DNA of 64,000 nucleotides, taken from the NCBI GenBank assembly GCA_964016885.1, contig OZ024745.1, forward strand, positions 39,122,001 through 39,186,000. The letters run 5' to 3'. The notes under the pieces were generated by a model. The model saw nothing but the letters and a program-made list of their open reading frames with translations, was not told the DNA's origin and searched no databases. Origin of the DNA: Eledone cirrhosa (Eukaryota). Position 1 is the stretch's first letter. Each line of letters opens with the position of its first letter. Below, piece after piece: positions 61,588 through 64,000 of this stretch. The position numbers and the translations under genes were made by a program.

Positions 61588-62072
61588 CTGTTTAAATCCA
61601 CATAGCACATGAAGCATGGACAAATTAACTGAATGGGTACTGGATACCTGAATGTAACAGCAACTGGAAAGCTTAAATTTCCTCGCTTGTGGTCTGATCT
61701 AACTTCTTTATATAGGATAAGGGATGTATGACTGAACGTAGGAAATGCGGGGCTAGAGAAAGAATCTGTGATATAATTACACATCTGTGGGCATGCAACT
61801 ATCATCTAACAAAATCGCATAGTAATACACTAAAAGGAAAATATATTTTAACAAACTGTATATCATTAATTCTTTCAAATACTTTCTATAATGAATCCGC
61901 ACTCTATGAAATAGTCATTGGTTATAATAAAGTCTTAGATAATATAGCACAATGTACTACAGCAACATACCAAAAATCAAGTTGTAAAACACTAAAACCA
62001 TCATATGAACTGTCATTGTGAAACCCATTAAACTACTTCGTAAATACATTTTCAGATCTATATTATCACACA

Positions 62073-63078
62073 CTAGCAGCAGGACCCGGCGTTGCAAAGA
62101 GTAGGGAACATTAAATAGAAACACGCATATGCAAAGATCGAGGAAAGTAGCTGTGTACTTTTTGAATTCCCTTATTCTCAGGGAATGATTGCTCATCTAC
62201 TGGAAACGTAGAATACCAGCAGTCCCGAATCGTGAAACATCTGCATGCATGTGCAAAATGTGAAGAAAATCAGCTGGATACTATTTAAGCGTACTAAACC
62301 TTAGTGTATGATTTTTCTTCCATTTGGAGATTATCGGTTAGGTACTTTTCGAGTTTGATAGATTCGCATCCAGTCATCCGGACAGACATCATCAGTTATG
62401 TCTATGTGCGACAAAAGGGGTCTCCGCGGAATTAGCACCATCACTATTCGGCGTACTTGCGCAGGGCGTTCATACTGCGGTGTAGGTGCAACAAAAGGGG
62501 TCTTGGAAGAAATAGCACAGACGTGAATTTTATGGTGTCAATAAGACGTCAACGTACACAGTGCCCGGATTTGCGCGTGATGAAAGCACGAAACGTCAAC
62601 AGAGTCCCGACAAATATTTTAAGGTCCTCCTCATTTCTTCAATGCCCCGAAAATGGTCCTGTTTAAAAGTAAGTAAGTGTCGTGTCCTCTGTTAAATAGA
62701 ACAAATGTTTAAGGAAATATTATACGCTACTTGCGATGTTTAAGTAGCGTTTATATTGACAATGAAAATGGCATACACTGTCCAATGCTAACTCGTAAAT
62801 TTCCCAGAAACCATTAATAGAAACGGAATTTGTCCACAGCAATGCGAGGGAATAAGAAATTATGTGCTGCAAATTTCGAGGAAAACGGCTGGATTATTAT
62901 CTTTAAGTTACGCCTCAAAAAATGCTAAAGTTGAAAAGAAAATGTGGTTTTTCACCTAATGTGGGCCCTAATGAAGAAAAGGTAACTCATGTGTAAAGTT
63001 TGAAAAAAATCGGTCAGGTACTTCTCGAGTGTTAGGGATTTACGCAAACAGACATCTTCTGTGTTATATAGAGAGAGA
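62073..63078 (-). mobile_element. Non-autonomous Helitron-like element
   Basis: The minus strand starts A|TC (tctctctctatataac) and ends gcaacgccgggtcctgctgCTAG|T, i.e. an AT target with no TSD. Confidence 0.6.
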
Positions 63079-63852
63079 TTAATCACCAAATGTAGCGAAG
63101 AGCTTACATAAACACAGCTGTCAGCACCAACACAAACGATGTATCAAAAAACCCAAAACGCATATAACTAGAAAAATAGAACACGAACCTAATTATTCTT
63201 TACATACAACAACACTACTATCAATTACAAAATGCGTAGAAGATATTGCCGTCTATAGCACTAAGTTAATAATTGTTAACAACACAGAGATAAACAAAAA
63301 AAACTACGAGATATATTTAATATTTTTCTACCAACACATAAAACCACAAAAACATTCATCCACATCCCACAGAATCTGTTACTTGAAACACAACTTACCA
63401 CATGGAAGAGAGCAACATGCACTCCAACTTAGCAGGTAAGTACAAATGCCGATAACTATGTAAAAAAGAAACTTAGGAAATAGAATTCTACAAACGAACA
63501 AACAAACAAACACAATCTTCTCAACGATATTTGCACCCAGAAAATCATTGAGAATCTCAAGTCCATAAAACTATGGAGTAACTATCCCTAGAGTCAGGCA
63601 ATTGCAAGTAACCTTTGACTACACAAATATTTGAAGGTCTTTGTATACGTTTAGCTATATATAAGGGTACGGGTGAGTCTCTCTACGTATACCCATTCAC
63701 GTATATATGTATGTATATATATATATATACCCGAGGTATCTGATTTTTAATGCGATGAAATACCAATGATGGTTGGCAAAATCACTGATGAGGGACTCAT
63801 TTTATAATATGTAATCCATGTGCAACCATGCAGTATTCTTCTTCCCCTTGTT

Positions 63853-63929
<77 letters not shown>

Positions 63930-64000
63930 TATACATATATATATATTAAGACAGGGGGGAAGAAAAAATGGCTTCACTTGTGCTTTCAACAAATTTATTT

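Noticed and set aside
63080-63650. Possible further PLE RT-thumb remnant
   Set aside because: Only faint motif resemblance; it cannot be supported without a profile search.
63785-63800. CTGATGA core
   Set aside because: No downstream GAAA or stems; truncated at best.

Overview
AT-rich, microsatellite-dense eukaryotic DNA. I found no host gene that I can support; the repeat content suggests an octopod cephalopod (inference from the SINE sequence and Dong/R4 LINEs). The conventional content is four decayed R4/Dong-type RT+RLE LINEs at (TAA)n tracts, an RTE-like LINE relic, a CRE-type RLE relic, Penelope-like (PLE) GIY-YIG relics, four copies of one tRNA-derived SINE and a non-autonomous Helitron. 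The main signal is non-coding. About a dozen distinct families of type I hammerhead ribozyme (HHR) motifs sit in short elements, mostly embedded in (TA)n. Most of these share one architecture: an inverted arm plus a direct arm, with both 3' ends pointing outward. Two are near-perfect tandem arrays (555-bp and 457-bp units) with one HHR per unit, i.e. candidate PLE-mobilised retrozymes that would yield circular RNAs. All folds were read by eye and none has been tested.
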